Source of the DNA: an uncultured Myxococcales bacterium
GTDB lineage: Bacteria; Myxococcota_A; UBA9042; CAIXZC01
DNA: 38,322 nt
Direction: 5' to 3'
Assembly: GCA_964565265.1 (NCBI GenBank)
Contig: CAZMEC010000006.1
Span: 1-38,322 of the forward strand
This document shows, piece by piece, positions 26,368 to 35,013 of the stretch (its first letter is position 1; the number at the start of each line of letters is the position of its first letter). Made by a program: the position numbers and the translations under genes. The notes beneath the pieces are model-generated. The model saw only the letters and a program-made list of their open reading frames with translations, had not been told where the DNA came from and made no database searches.

Positions 26368-28430
26368 TTGCATTCCTCTTTCACGAAACTGCGGTAACCC
26401 CAGATTTCGTCTTCCCAGTAGTCGCCCTCGAAGGGCCATTCCAGAGAGTCACTACCCACGATGGTGGTGCTGCCACCGACATTCTCTTCGCCCGCCACGA
26501 CCTCTTCGATGGCGTCAATCACCTTGCCGGAGATCTTGGCCTTGCGCAGGGCGTTGAAGTGCTTGACCTTGAACAGCCTGAAGATGGGGTCGGAGCCCAC
26601 GAACTTGATGAGGTCCGCCTCGCCGCGGCCGGCTTCCTGCATGCGCACCAGGCCATTGACGGCGTCGGTGAGCTGCTGCTCGGCCAGCAGTTCCTTGGTG
26701 GACTCTTCGATCTTCTCCATCTCGACCTGGTTCAGGTCCAGTTCGATTTCGGTGACCTTCACCTGGTAGTCACGCAGATCCTTCTGGATGTTGCGGAAGG
26801 CCATCTGGATCTTGATGCCGATCTCGTTGATGCGGCTGATCTTCTGGTTCTCCAACATGGAGATGGTCTCTTCGCCCCAGGAGCCCAGCTTGCCACGCAC
26901 GCCGCTGAGGGACTTCAGTTCCTTCTCCACCTGGGTGATGGTCCGGTACAGCCGGTAGATATCGGCGTTCGCCATCACGGGGTACATGAGTTCCATGGGC
27001 AGGTTGTAGGCGCCTCCCTGGCCGTTGCCGATGCGCACGAAGGCCATGTAGTACTCGGCCTGGGTCCGCATGTTGCGGATGAACTGGTCCAGGGGGATGG
27101 CCTTGGTGGAGATGTGCCGCTTGAACATCTCCAGGGTGAGGCGGGCGCGCTCGTACTGGCAGATGTTCATGTAGATGGTGGACTCAAGGATCCAGAGCTC
27201 GGGGTAGAAGTAATGATCGAAGAAGGGGCTGTGGAGGGCGTGGAAGGTACCCACGGCGCGGCTGTAGTCGCCCTTCATGAAATAGGTCCAGCCCATTTCG
27301 TAGAACGCGTCGGGCAGCCGGGGGCTGTTCTTGGGGATCTTGCGGTAGTAGTAAATGGCGCCGTCGTAGTTGCCGGTCTCGTAGGCGATTCGGGCCAGGG
27401 CCAGATAGGCCATGTCCGCCACGCGGGCCTCGGACTTGTTGCGATTCTGGCTTTCCACCGCCTCCTGGAAGGACTGCACGGCGGACTTGTACATCTGGTT
27501 GGCCACCTGCACCAGGCCGGTGAGGTAGCGGGCCTTGGCGTGAAGCTGGCTGTCCGAGGAGACCTCGCCGAAGTACTTCAGGGCCATGCTGTAGTTGCTG
27601 CCCTCGTAGAAGAACTCGCCCAGGAAGTAGTTGTACTTGTCCTGGAAGCCACGGCTGAAGTTGCCCACGAAGAACTGGGTGAGCTGCTCCAGGTCGGGGG
27701 GGCTGTAGGCCACGCGCTTGCGCATCTCGACGAGGTTGTCGAAGGCGGCCTGGAAGAAGGTCTTGTCGGGGCCCTGGAGGACAATCTCCAGCAGCATGCT
27801 GGCAGCGCTTTCGTACAGGCCAGCCTTCACCAGAGCAAGGGCCATGCCGTAACGGGCGTTGTAGTACTCGTCCGTGGTGGGGCCGTAATTGTTCTTCTGA
27901 ATGAAAGCCTGGAACAGGCGGATGGCTTCCACATACTCGCCCTTCTCAGCCAGTTCCATACCGGTCTTGAGCTGACCCTTGGCATAGGCCTTCTTCTGGG
28001 CGTCCATGGCGCGCTCTTGTTCCTGCTTGAGGCGCAGGGCCTCGGACTTGGCCCGCTCGGCTTCGGCGCGGATCTCCTCCGGGGTCTTCTCCACCACGGC
28101 CTGCTGCATGCCGGGCATGGGGGCCGCGGCCACGGGGGCCACGGGGGCCTGCACCGCGCCGTACATCTGGGGCGTGGCCAGCATGTGGCGGATGACCTTC
28201 TCAGGCACGCCCGCGTTCTTCAGTTCAAGGATCTCGTTGATGTTCAGATTGAAGATCGTCCGATCCTTGTCAATGGCCTGGATTATCTCGTCCTCGCTGA
28301 TGCCGAGCTTCGCCAAGGTGATCACTTCACTCTTGCTGATGGCGAAGGCGACTGAGGGTAGCGCAAGCACCCCCAGCAGCACCGCAAGGGTCAGGACCGT
28401 GTTCAGTCTGGATCTGAGGTTCATGGTCAT
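26364..28430 (-). CDS. gltC: GltC/NfsC-like TPR protein
   Basis: AYLALARIAYE, AFYEMGWTYF, ALHSPFFDHYFYPE, C-terminal WPFEGDYWEDEIWGY..C. Confidence 0.75.
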   Translation of the reverse strand: MTMNLRSRLNTVLTLAVLLGVLALPSVAFAISKSEVITLAKLGISEDEIIQAIDKDRTIFNLNINEILELKNAGVPEKVIRHMLATPQMYGAVQAPVAPVAAAPMPGMQQAVVEKTPEEIRAEAERAKSEALRLKQEQERAMDAQKKAYAKGQLKTGMELAEKGEYVEAIRLFQAFIQKNNYGPTTDEYYNARYGMALALVKAGLYESAASMLLEIVLQGPDKTFFQAAFDNLVEMRKRVAYSPPDLEQLTQFFVGNFSRGFQDKYNYFLGEFFYEGSNYSMALKYFGEVSSDSQLHAKARYLTGLVQVANQMYKSAVQSFQEAVESQNRNKSEARVADMAYLALARIAYETGNYDGAIYYYRKIPKNSPRLPDAFYEMGWTYFMKGDYSRAVGTFHALHSPFFDHYFYPELWILESTIYMNICQYERARLTLEMFKRHISTKAIPLDQFIRNMRTQAEYYMAFVRIGNGQGGAYNLPMELMYPVMANADIYRLYRTITQVEKELKSLSGVRGKLGSWGEETISMLENQKISRINEIGIKIQMAFRNIQKDLRDYQVKVTEIELDLNQVEMEKIEESTKELLAEQQLTDAVNGLVRMQEAGRGEADLIKFVGSDPIFRLFKVKHFNALRKAKISGKVIDAIEEVVAGEENVGGSTTIVGSDSLEWPFEGDYWEDEIWGYRSFVKEECK

Positions 28431-28479
28431 GTCCTTACCCCCCCTATTCCTTTCAGGGAATCACTATGCCTGGTCCTGC

Positions 28480-29187
28480 TCAGTTGACGAAGAACGAGAA
28501 GCCAAAGGTGACTTCTGCGGGGGTGGAGACACCGCCCAACCGTTCCATGGCCGCGAAGAAGAAGTGGCGGTAATCCACGGCGATGGCTGCCCAGTCGGTG
28601 ACGAACACGCGCCCACCCAGGCCCACGCTGCCGGCCACATCGGTGCGGCTTTGCTTGTCCGCGCCCTTGTTGTCGGACACCTCGGTGCCCAGGGCCCCGA
28701 CGCCGAAGGACAGGTGCATGTCAAAGTGGAAGAGCTTCCAGGCGAAGAGGCCCATCTTGCCGTGAATGGGACTCCAGAGGCCCTGGATGCCGGCGTTCCA
28801 CTTCAGCACCTGGGGGAACTCCGTCTGGACGCGGAAGCCGTCGTCGCTGCGGAGGAACCCGGCGAGGTCGGACTCGCTGCCCAGGATGTAGCTGCCGGTG
28901 AGCTCAACGCCGAGGTCCTCGGAGAAGTAGTAGCCGACCTTGGCCCCAAGGGGGTAGTAGGTGTAGAAGTCGTCATTCGGGATGACGCCAAAATACGGGG
29001 TGACATTGATCCGGCCTTCCTTCTGGAAGAGGCGCTTCTGGATCACCTTGACGCTGCGGGTCTCGCCCCAGTATTTGTCCAGATAGGTGTCCAGCTTGGA
29101 CTCCTCCGCCGCGAGGGCGGGGGTAGCCGCCGAAACCAGCAGCACAGCAACCAGAGTCCCGACGATGCTTCTAAAAGATCCCTTCAT
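28480..29187 (-). CDS. GltA/GltB-like outer-membrane beta-barrel protein
   Basis: Signal peptide; VIQKRLFQKEGR..PNDDFY..GYYFSEDLGVE; WSPIHGK..FHFD; amphipathic strands ending GFSFFVN. Confidence 0.78.
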   Translation of the reverse strand: MKGSFRSIVGTLVAVLLVSAATPALAAEESKLDTYLDKYWGETRSVKVIQKRLFQKEGRINVTPYFGVIPNDDFYTYYPLGAKVGYYFSEDLGVELTGSYILGSESDLAGFLRSDDGFRVQTEFPQVLKWNAGIQGLWSPIHGKMGLFAWKLFHFDMHLSFGVGALGTEVSDNKGADKQSRTDVAGSVGLGGRVFVTDWAAIAVDYRHFFFAAMERLGGVSTPAEVTFGFSFFVN

Positions 29188-29250
29188 GTTTCTTCTCCGA
29201 AATGCGGTTCTAAGTCCTTGAAATAGGAACTATTAATCTACCTAATAAAC

Positions 29251-31317
29251 CTATGGATGGAAGCAGTTCTCCGTGTCCTCGCAGCTCCAGTCGTCGGGCC
29301 AGTCCAGGCCACCCGGGTTGCTGTAGGCCATCTGATCGGCGGCGTCCGCAGCGGTGTGGGTGGTGCACCCGGACTTGTTCACATAGTAGACGGCCCAGAA
29401 GTACCAGATGGAGGGATCCTTGTCGTCGGGCTTCCAGCCCTGCTCCTCGTAGCACTTGCCCCCGATGGTGCTGTCCGCGTACTCGGCAGGCATGACGGGG
29501 GGCTTGGGGGGCACGCAGCCACCGCTGCAACACACGGTGGGTATGGAGGCGCCAAGCTGCTTGGTAATGGTGTCTCCAGCGGAGGAACTGTTGGTGTTCT
29601 TGGGCTGCAGCTTGAGGTAGGCCTTCACAGGCTTGCACTCGCCCTGGCCCGTGCCGTTGTCGGTCCAGGCGTCGAAGAACTTGCAGGCCCCGGCGGCGGT
29701 GTCGCAGAACCAGGTGCGGGTGGCGCAGGTGCCCATGGTCTCGGCCTCGTCGCAGTCCTCGTTGGTGGTGCAGTTCTTGTGAATGGCGGGGCGCCCATCC
29801 AGGTAGGTGCTGGTGTCGATGTTGAAGGGATAGGGCTTCTCGCTGCCATCGGCGATGAACATGGGCTCGGAGACAGACAGCTTGCCTTCCACGGCGTAGG
29901 CCCAGCCCTGGGGCATGTCATTGTTGTTCTTGATGGCGTCCAGTTTGACCACCATTTCCCAGTAGCCACCAAAGGTGTAGCGCACCCGTTTGGCGGCATC
30001 CTTGAGGTGGTTGGCCAGTTCGGTGGTGGTGAAGTCCTGGGCGTTCAGGAACACATAGTTGCCACCGGTCTCGCAGGCGGTCTGCATCTGGCGAGAGTCC
30101 CGGTCCGGGTAACCCTTGGCCGCGAACTGCACGAAGTGCACCGGGATGCGGTCCTTGTATTCGTCCGCCCGGATGCGGGTCATGGCCTGCTCGTAGGTGG
30201 TCTGGTAGGAGAGGCAGGACTTGCGGCAGCGGTTCAACTCGGGGCAATCGGAGCAGGTATCGGGGCCATCGGAGATGACCAGGATGTGCTTGTACTTGAG
30301 GTTCTTGGCGGCAGCGTGGTTGGCCATGTAATCATAGGCCATGTCCACGGCGCTCCACAGGGGGGTGCGGCCCAGGCTGTCGTTGCGGATGCCCTCCAGC
30401 GGGGAGAAACTGCCCGCATCACCCAGAACCAGGGTCTTGTTGGAGGAGAAGCAGGCCTCTTTCTTCTCTTCGAAGGAAGCATTGGCCTTGTCGGGGTGAT
30501 TGCAGACGATGTCAATCTTGTTCTCATTGAAGGAGAACACCACGACCTTGTCGCCGGCGTTGAGCGTCTCGATGACCTCCTTGACGGCGGCCAGGCGGGT
30601 GCCGCCGGGGTCCGAGCCGTTCTGCAGGAAGGTGGCGCCCTCGGGAATGGAGGCGGTGGCATCGCCCATGGTGTCTTCGTAGTAGGGCGGGTAGTAGTGG
30701 ACCAGGCCACTGTTGCTGCCGCTCATGTCCACCAGGATGGCCACACCCACAGAGGTCCCGCGGGCAGGCGTGATGGGCTTGAAGCCAATCTTGGTGAGGG
30801 CCACGCTGTCGCTCTTGATCTGGCTGTAGCAGTAGGGGACGGAGACACCATCCTCAATGCAGTAGCCCTTGATGCGGTCGCCACAGGTCTGGTCAGCCTC
30901 ACAGTCGCCCGAGTTCACGCACTTGCGATCCTGCAGCAGGACCTGCTCGATGCAGTCGAAGCTGAGGCGGAAGTTGCTGGTATTGATCTGGTCTTCGTCA
31001 ACAAAGCGACGGTCCAGATTGTCCCCGGGCCGGATGGAGAGGTCCAGGTCAGCCACGACCTCGTCCTTCACCTCCGAGCCGTAGAACAGGGATTTCAAGA
31101 TGAGGCCATCAACATCAGCGTTGGCGCCGTCACAGACGGGCACATAGGTCTCGCTGCTGCCGCTGCCCTCAATCTTCATGGGCACAGCGCCCAGCACGAA
31201 GATTTCTCTGAAGGAGCGCTCACTTGTGGAAAGCAGGGCGTTGGAATCGCACCCCACCGACAGTCCGGCCCCAAACAGCAGGCCAGCCGCCCCCAGCGCT
31301 AGAATTCTCTTCTTCAT
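29251..31317 (-). CDS. Cys-rich VWA-domain lipoprotein (CglB-like adhesin candidate)
   Basis: Lipobox LSVGC; MIDAS DMSGS (30715-30729), TPLWSAV, ILVISDGPDTC; Cys-rich regions on both sides. Confidence 0.75.
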   Translation of the reverse strand: MKKRILALGAAGLLFGAGLSVGCDSNALLSTSERSFREIFVLGAVPMKIEGSGSSETYVPVCDGANADVDGLILKSLFYGSEVKDEVVADLDLSIRPGDNLDRRFVDEDQINTSNFRLSFDCIEQVLLQDRKCVNSGDCEADQTCGDRIKGYCIEDGVSVPYCYSQIKSDSVALTKIGFKPITPARGTSVGVAILVDMSGSNSGLVHYYPPYYEDTMGDATASIPEGATFLQNGSDPGGTRLAAVKEVIETLNAGDKVVVFSFNENKIDIVCNHPDKANASFEEKKEACFSSNKTLVLGDAGSFSPLEGIRNDSLGRTPLWSAVDMAYDYMANHAAAKNLKYKHILVISDGPDTCSDCPELNRCRKSCLSYQTTYEQAMTRIRADEYKDRIPVHFVQFAAKGYPDRDSRQMQTACETGGNYVFLNAQDFTTTELANHLKDAAKRVRYTFGGYWEMVVKLDAIKNNNDMPQGWAYAVEGKLSVSEPMFIADGSEKPYPFNIDTSTYLDGRPAIHKNCTTNEDCDEAETMGTCATRTWFCDTAAGACKFFDAWTDNGTGQGECKPVKAYLKLQPKNTNSSSAGDTITKQLGASIPTVCCSGGCVPPKPPVMPAEYADSTIGGKCYEEQGWKPDDKDPSIWYFWAVYYVNKSGCTTHTAADAADQMAYSNPGGLDWPDDWSCEDTENCFHP

Positions 31318-31397
31318 TTCCTCTCCACCTCACCCGCAGTTGGATCCACAAAGCAGCGTTCACCGCAGGCCCCGGTCGGGGTCAGGCGGCTCCCGAA

Positions 31398-31439
31398 GTT
31401 ATAACAGGGTTATTCTTGCCGGGGACCGGTCAAAGTCAA
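31398..31439 (-). promoter_or_regulatory. Putative promoter region for the VWA/glt cluster
   Basis: Minus strand TTGACT (31439-34), TTGACC (31433-28) and extended -10-like TGTTATAAC (31406-31398); exact -35/-10 pairing is ambiguous. Confidence 0.35.
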
Positions 31440-31467
31440 TCGGTTTTTTGGGTTTGGGTCCGGGGGG

Positions 31468-32367
31468 CTACGCGGGTGAGCTCAGGCGGCCTGAAAGCGC
31501 GTCGAGAGAGGCCAGGGCAAGCTGCTGAAAAGGCATATTTTCCGGGCCATGACCGATGGGCAGACCGGCCACCATCGGGATTCCTCTTTTTTCTGCCTGG
31601 GCAAGCAGCAGGGTCTTCAGGTCCGCGGACAGGGGCACCCCCAGATCCCCCAGGAGGAGCCCCGCGATCCCCTGGGCCTCCCTATGGTGGAGGAGCTGCC
31701 AGAAGAGGCGGTCCAGCCTGTAGGGCGCCTCGTTGGTGTCTTCCAGGGCAAGCAGCACGCCCTCCAGGGGGGGGGCCAGGGGGGTACCCAGGATCGACAG
31801 CAGCACGGACAGGTTCAGGATCAGCAGCGGGCCCTGGGCCTGCCCCGGAGCCAGGGGCTGCAGGCCGGCCAGGGTGGGCACGGGGGGCCTTTGGCCCAAC
31901 AGGAGGTCGAGGAAGGCCTGTTGGGAGGCAGAGTCGAGCTGGGTCAGGGTGCAGACATTGGGGCCATGCCAGCACTCCCAGCCGCAGGCCCCGGCGAGGT
32001 GGGGAAAGAGGGCGCTCACATCGGAGAAGCCCAGGAGGCGGGAGGCGGGGGCACAGAATCCCCCATCCACCAGGGCCCGGGCGGCACCGTAGCCACCTCG
32101 GATGGCCATTACCAGTCCCTCCCCGCGCCCCTCCCTGGCCCAGCAGGCGGCGTCAACCAGACAGCGGGCCCGGTCAGCGTCGCTACCCGCCAGGTACTCC
32201 CGGGCGGTGCTGGGCATGAACACCTGCACCTCCAGGCCCGCTGCCTTCAGGAAGGCCACGCCCTGGTCCAGGCGCTCTTGGGGGACCCGGCCACTGAAGG
32301 CGGCGCAGGCAACGCGCCGGACGGGGCTGGGGGCGGGCGGGGCCTTGGGTTTTTTGTGGGAATCCAT
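31468..32367 (-). CDS. ldcA: LD-carboxypeptidase (peptidase S66)
   Basis: IRGGYGA, GFSD (Ser), HGP, LEDTNEAPYRLDR (Glu), IGHG (His); start placed at ATG 32367 to avoid overlap with the divergent gene. Confidence 0.87.
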   Translation of the reverse strand: MDSHKKPKAPPAPSPVRRVACAAFSGRVPQERLDQGVAFLKAAGLEVQVFMPSTAREYLAGSDADRARCLVDAACWAREGRGEGLVMAIRGGYGAARALVDGGFCAPASRLLGFSDVSALFPHLAGACGWECWHGPNVCTLTQLDSASQQAFLDLLLGQRPPVPTLAGLQPLAPGQAQGPLLILNLSVLLSILGTPLAPPLEGVLLALEDTNEAPYRLDRLFWQLLHHREAQGIAGLLLGDLGVPLSADLKTLLLAQAEKRGIPMVAGLPIGHGPENMPFQQLALASLDALSGRLSSPA

Positions 32368-32382
32368 GGTGGGCTTTATACT
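32354..32382 (+). promoter_or_regulatory. Putative sigma70 promoter for the patatin gene
   Basis: TTGTGG, 17 nt, TATACT, 34 nt before ATG 32417. Confidence 0.4.
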
Positions 32383-32416
32383 CCTGCCGGTGCCTGCCAA
32401 CTGAGCGGAGTTAGTC

Positions 32417-33763
32417 ATGGCGGTTTCGATTGTCCAGAAAAGCACGGGACAGGCAAGGGGCAAATCCAAGGTCGCCCTGGTGCTCTCCGGCGGGGCCGTC
32501 TCCGGTGGGGCCTTCAAGGCCGGCGGTTTGCTGGCCCTGGACCATCTGCTGAGTTCCTGTCGGGTGACGGATTTCGATATCTATGTGGGCATCAGCGCGG
32601 GCTCCATGCTGGCCGCACCCCTGGCCGGTGGCATCCGCCCCCAGGAACTGGTCACGGGGTTCGCTGGGGGGCAATCGGACCTGCCCAGCTTCGGAGCCCT
32701 GGACTTCTACAGGCCCAACTTCCGAGAGACCCTGTCCAAGAGCGTGAAGGCGGTCAAGGATCTGGCGACCCTCTGGCCCGAAGTGGGGCGTAGCTCGCTG
32801 CGCGTCATGGGGCGCCAGAAGGGGCAGGTGAAGCGGTCCCTGTCGAACCTGATGAAGCACCCTGGCACGGGCGCCGTGTCCGAACTGCTGGCCCCCTTCC
32901 TGGCCGAGCTTCGGGCCTCCTCGGACCTGCCCTACCCTTCGTCCTACATACCCTCGGGGCTGTTCTCCAATACCAGCATCGAGAAGTGGATCAGGAAGAC
33001 CTTTGACTCCCGGCGCATCCCCAACAACTTCCGGCTGCTGAAGCTGGAGCGGGGGGTCTCGCTGTATGTGGAGGCTGCGGACCTGGACACCAGCGAGGAG
33101 GTGGTCTTCGGCCCCGACGAGGACCAATCCGTCAGCATCTCCGAGGCCATCATGGCGTCCACGGCGCTGCCGGGGTTCTATCGCCCGGTGAAGATCCGGG
33201 ACCGCTACTTCGTTGATGGGAGTGTCCGCCACACGGCGCCCATGGAGATTGCCCGCCGCAAGGGGGCGGACCTCATCATTATATATAACCCCTTCCGGCC
33301 CTTCCGGCAGGTGCCCACCCGTAAACTGGTCCCCAACTTTGAGTCCATTGGCGAGATGGGCCTCATCACGGCCCTCAACCAGTCCATCCGGACCATGATT
33401 CACAGCCGCCTCCATCTGGGCATCGAGGAGCTGCGCAAGGACCCGGGCTTCAAGGGTGATGTGATTCTGTTCGAGCCCTCCGAGGACGATGCGGACTACT
33501 TCGCCATGAACCCCCTGGCCTTCTGGCAGCGCGCGGAGGCCGCCAAGAAGGGGTACCGGTCGGCTCGCCAGGACATCGAGCGGAACTTCCCAGGACTGCG
33601 GCGCGTGCTGAATCGCCATGGGCTGGACTGCAAGCTCTCAACCCTCCAGCAGGTGGACGATCTCCTGGTGCAATGCGGCAGCGACGAGGGCGAGATCATT
33701 CGCACCCTGGGCCGGGAGTACCCCAAGGACAAGGGCAACCTGCGCCTGGTCCACAGCGCGTAG
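32417..33763 (+). CDS. Patatin-like phospholipase
   Basis: ALVLSGGAVSGG, GISAG nucleophile elbow, ASTALPG, FVDGS. Confidence 0.9.
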   Translation: MAVSIVQKSTGQARGKSKVALVLSGGAVSGGAFKAGGLLALDHLLSSCRVTDFDIYVGISAGSMLAAPLAGGIRPQELVTGFAGGQSDLPSFGALDFYRPNFRETLSKSVKAVKDLATLWPEVGRSSLRVMGRQKGQVKRSLSNLMKHPGTGAVSELLAPFLAELRASSDLPYPSSYIPSGLFSNTSIEKWIRKTFDSRRIPNNFRLLKLERGVSLYVEAADLDTSEEVVFGPDEDQSVSISEAIMASTALPGFYRPVKIRDRYFVDGSVRHTAPMEIARRKGADLIIIYNPFRPFRQVPTRKLVPNFESIGEMGLITALNQSIRTMIHSRLHLGIEELRKDPGFKGDVILFEPSEDDADYFAMNPLAFWQRAEAAKKGYRSARQDIERNFPGLRRVLNRHGLDCKLSTLQQVDDLLVQCGSDEGEIIRTLGREYPKDKGNLRLVHSA

Positions 33764-33775
33764 ACGACCTGTCCG

Positions 33776-33805
33776 TCCGAACCCCGACCGCCAGGGAGGG
33801 GGTTG
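33776..33805 (-). repeat. 30-bp REP-like element, fourth copy (inverted)
   Basis: Exact reverse complement of 20202-20231, 12 nt after the patatin stop. Confidence 0.9.
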
Positions 33806-33890
33806 CCTGCTGTTCCTTCAGGTCCTGCTTGCATCTCTTCCCACAACGAACGATATTTCAGCCCTTGGAGGTTTTTTGGGAGGCCCGCCC

Positions 33891-34886
33891 GTGACCCGAT
33901 CCATGCCTGGCTTGTTTTTGTTGCTTGCCGTTCTGGTGGGCTGCGCCGACGAGGATCCCGTCCTGGTTTCGCTCCCGGCTGATCCGGGCGTGCTTTTCCG
34001 AGGCGAGGACGGCCCGGTGCTGGCCCAGATTGGTGATTGGAAGATCACCACCAGGGACCTGGAGACCGTCCACCCCATCAGGGAGGGCGCCTCCGCCAAG
34101 GAGAGCCTCCAACACCTTGTTGATGGCGTTCTGGTGGTGAAGGCGGGGGTGGAGCAGGGGCACGAAGGTCGCTTTCCCGTACTGCTGGAGTGGCGCCGCG
34201 CCCTGGCCCGGGAATGGGCCCTCCAGAACTTTGGCGAAGGGTTCTCAGCAGAGTCGGTGCCGGACTCCCTGTGGCAGGAGATCTACAGCAGCGTCCGGGC
34301 CCGCTTCGACCACAAGGAGACCTTCTTCGTGCTGGATGTGCAGTACCTGTGCTGCATGGGGCACCCCGATGGCTGCGACGCCAAGGATGTGGCCCGCTGC
34401 CAGGATCAGAACCTCCCCATGATGAGCAACATTCAAGAGTTCCTGGCCCAGTCCGGGGTGAAGACCAAGGAGCAACTGGACCGCAAACTGGAAGAATATC
34501 GGGCCACCTACGGCGGCGAGTTCGGCGTGGCGGACTACGCCTTCCAGTACGACTTCAGCAAGGGGCCCGACCAGCAGGGCCGCTACGACCGCGTCAACGA
34601 GAATGTCGCCCGGGGGGCCAAGGCAACCAAGGTGGGCGAGTTTTCGCCGGTGGTGGCCTCCAGAAACGGCCTGCACATTCTGCTGCTGACCCAGTATCTC
34701 CCCGAGACCCACCGGAAGTTCGGAGACCCGGGCGTGAAGGAAGAGCTGATCCAATCCTTCCTGCCCATCCTGCGCGAAAAGGAAGTGGCCGACGCCTTCG
34801 CCATCCTGGTCAAGCGCCAGCAGATCAAGCTGCACCCCGAGAACCTGGGCCAGGTGGACTGGACCAAGGCCACGGGCCTGAAGTAG
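33891..34886 (+). CDS. Parvulin/PrsA/SurA-like foldase lipoprotein
   Basis: GGAGG then GTG 33891 (alternative ATG 33903); lipobox LVGC; VLAQIGDWKIT; KVGEFSPVVASRNGLHIL. Confidence 0.65.
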   Translation: MTRSMPGLFLLLAVLVGCADEDPVLVSLPADPGVLFRGEDGPVLAQIGDWKITTRDLETVHPIREGASAKESLQHLVDGVLVVKAGVEQGHEGRFPVLLEWRRALAREWALQNFGEGFSAESVPDSLWQEIYSSVRARFDHKETFFVLDVQYLCCMGHPDGCDAKDVARCQDQNLPMMSNIQEFLAQSGVKTKEQLDRKLEEYRATYGGEFGVADYAFQYDFSKGPDQQGRYDRVNENVARGAKATKVGEFSPVVASRNGLHILLLTQYLPETHRKFGDPGVKEELIQSFLPILREKEVADAFAILVKRQQIKLHPENLGQVDWTKATGLK

Positions 34887-35013
34887 CCTCCCCCGAGACG
34901 GCAAGTCAACTACCTCTGCGGGCCGAGAGCTTCGTTGGGGTCTGCCTGCCCCCCAGCGCTTGACTTTCCCCCTACCCTGGGGCCCACTGACGCTGTGCGT
35001 TTGGAGGTGCCCC

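Noticed and set aside
23212-26397. 1061-aa plus-strand ORF, and similar long ORFs at 8891-11701, 14417-16540, 20918-22873, 26559-28355, 29257-31302 and 36301-38283
   Set aside because: Antisense shadows of well-supported genes; strong GC3 bias removes stops on the opposite strand, and the translations carry no motifs
26368-26439. Longer starts in the ORF track (gltD 26439, ldcA 32517, foldase 33618, mntP 14577, dsrE2 11879, dsrE 12468)
   Set aside because: They overlap neighbouring genes; downstream starts have an RBS, a signal peptide or a family-typical N-terminus
29188-29250. AT-rich spacer with imperfect dyad (TAAGTCCTTGAAATAGGAACTATTA) as a dif/att site
   Set aside because: No convincing match to a dif consensus, no second copy and no integrase; more simply an internal promoter or terminator region, which I cannot resolve
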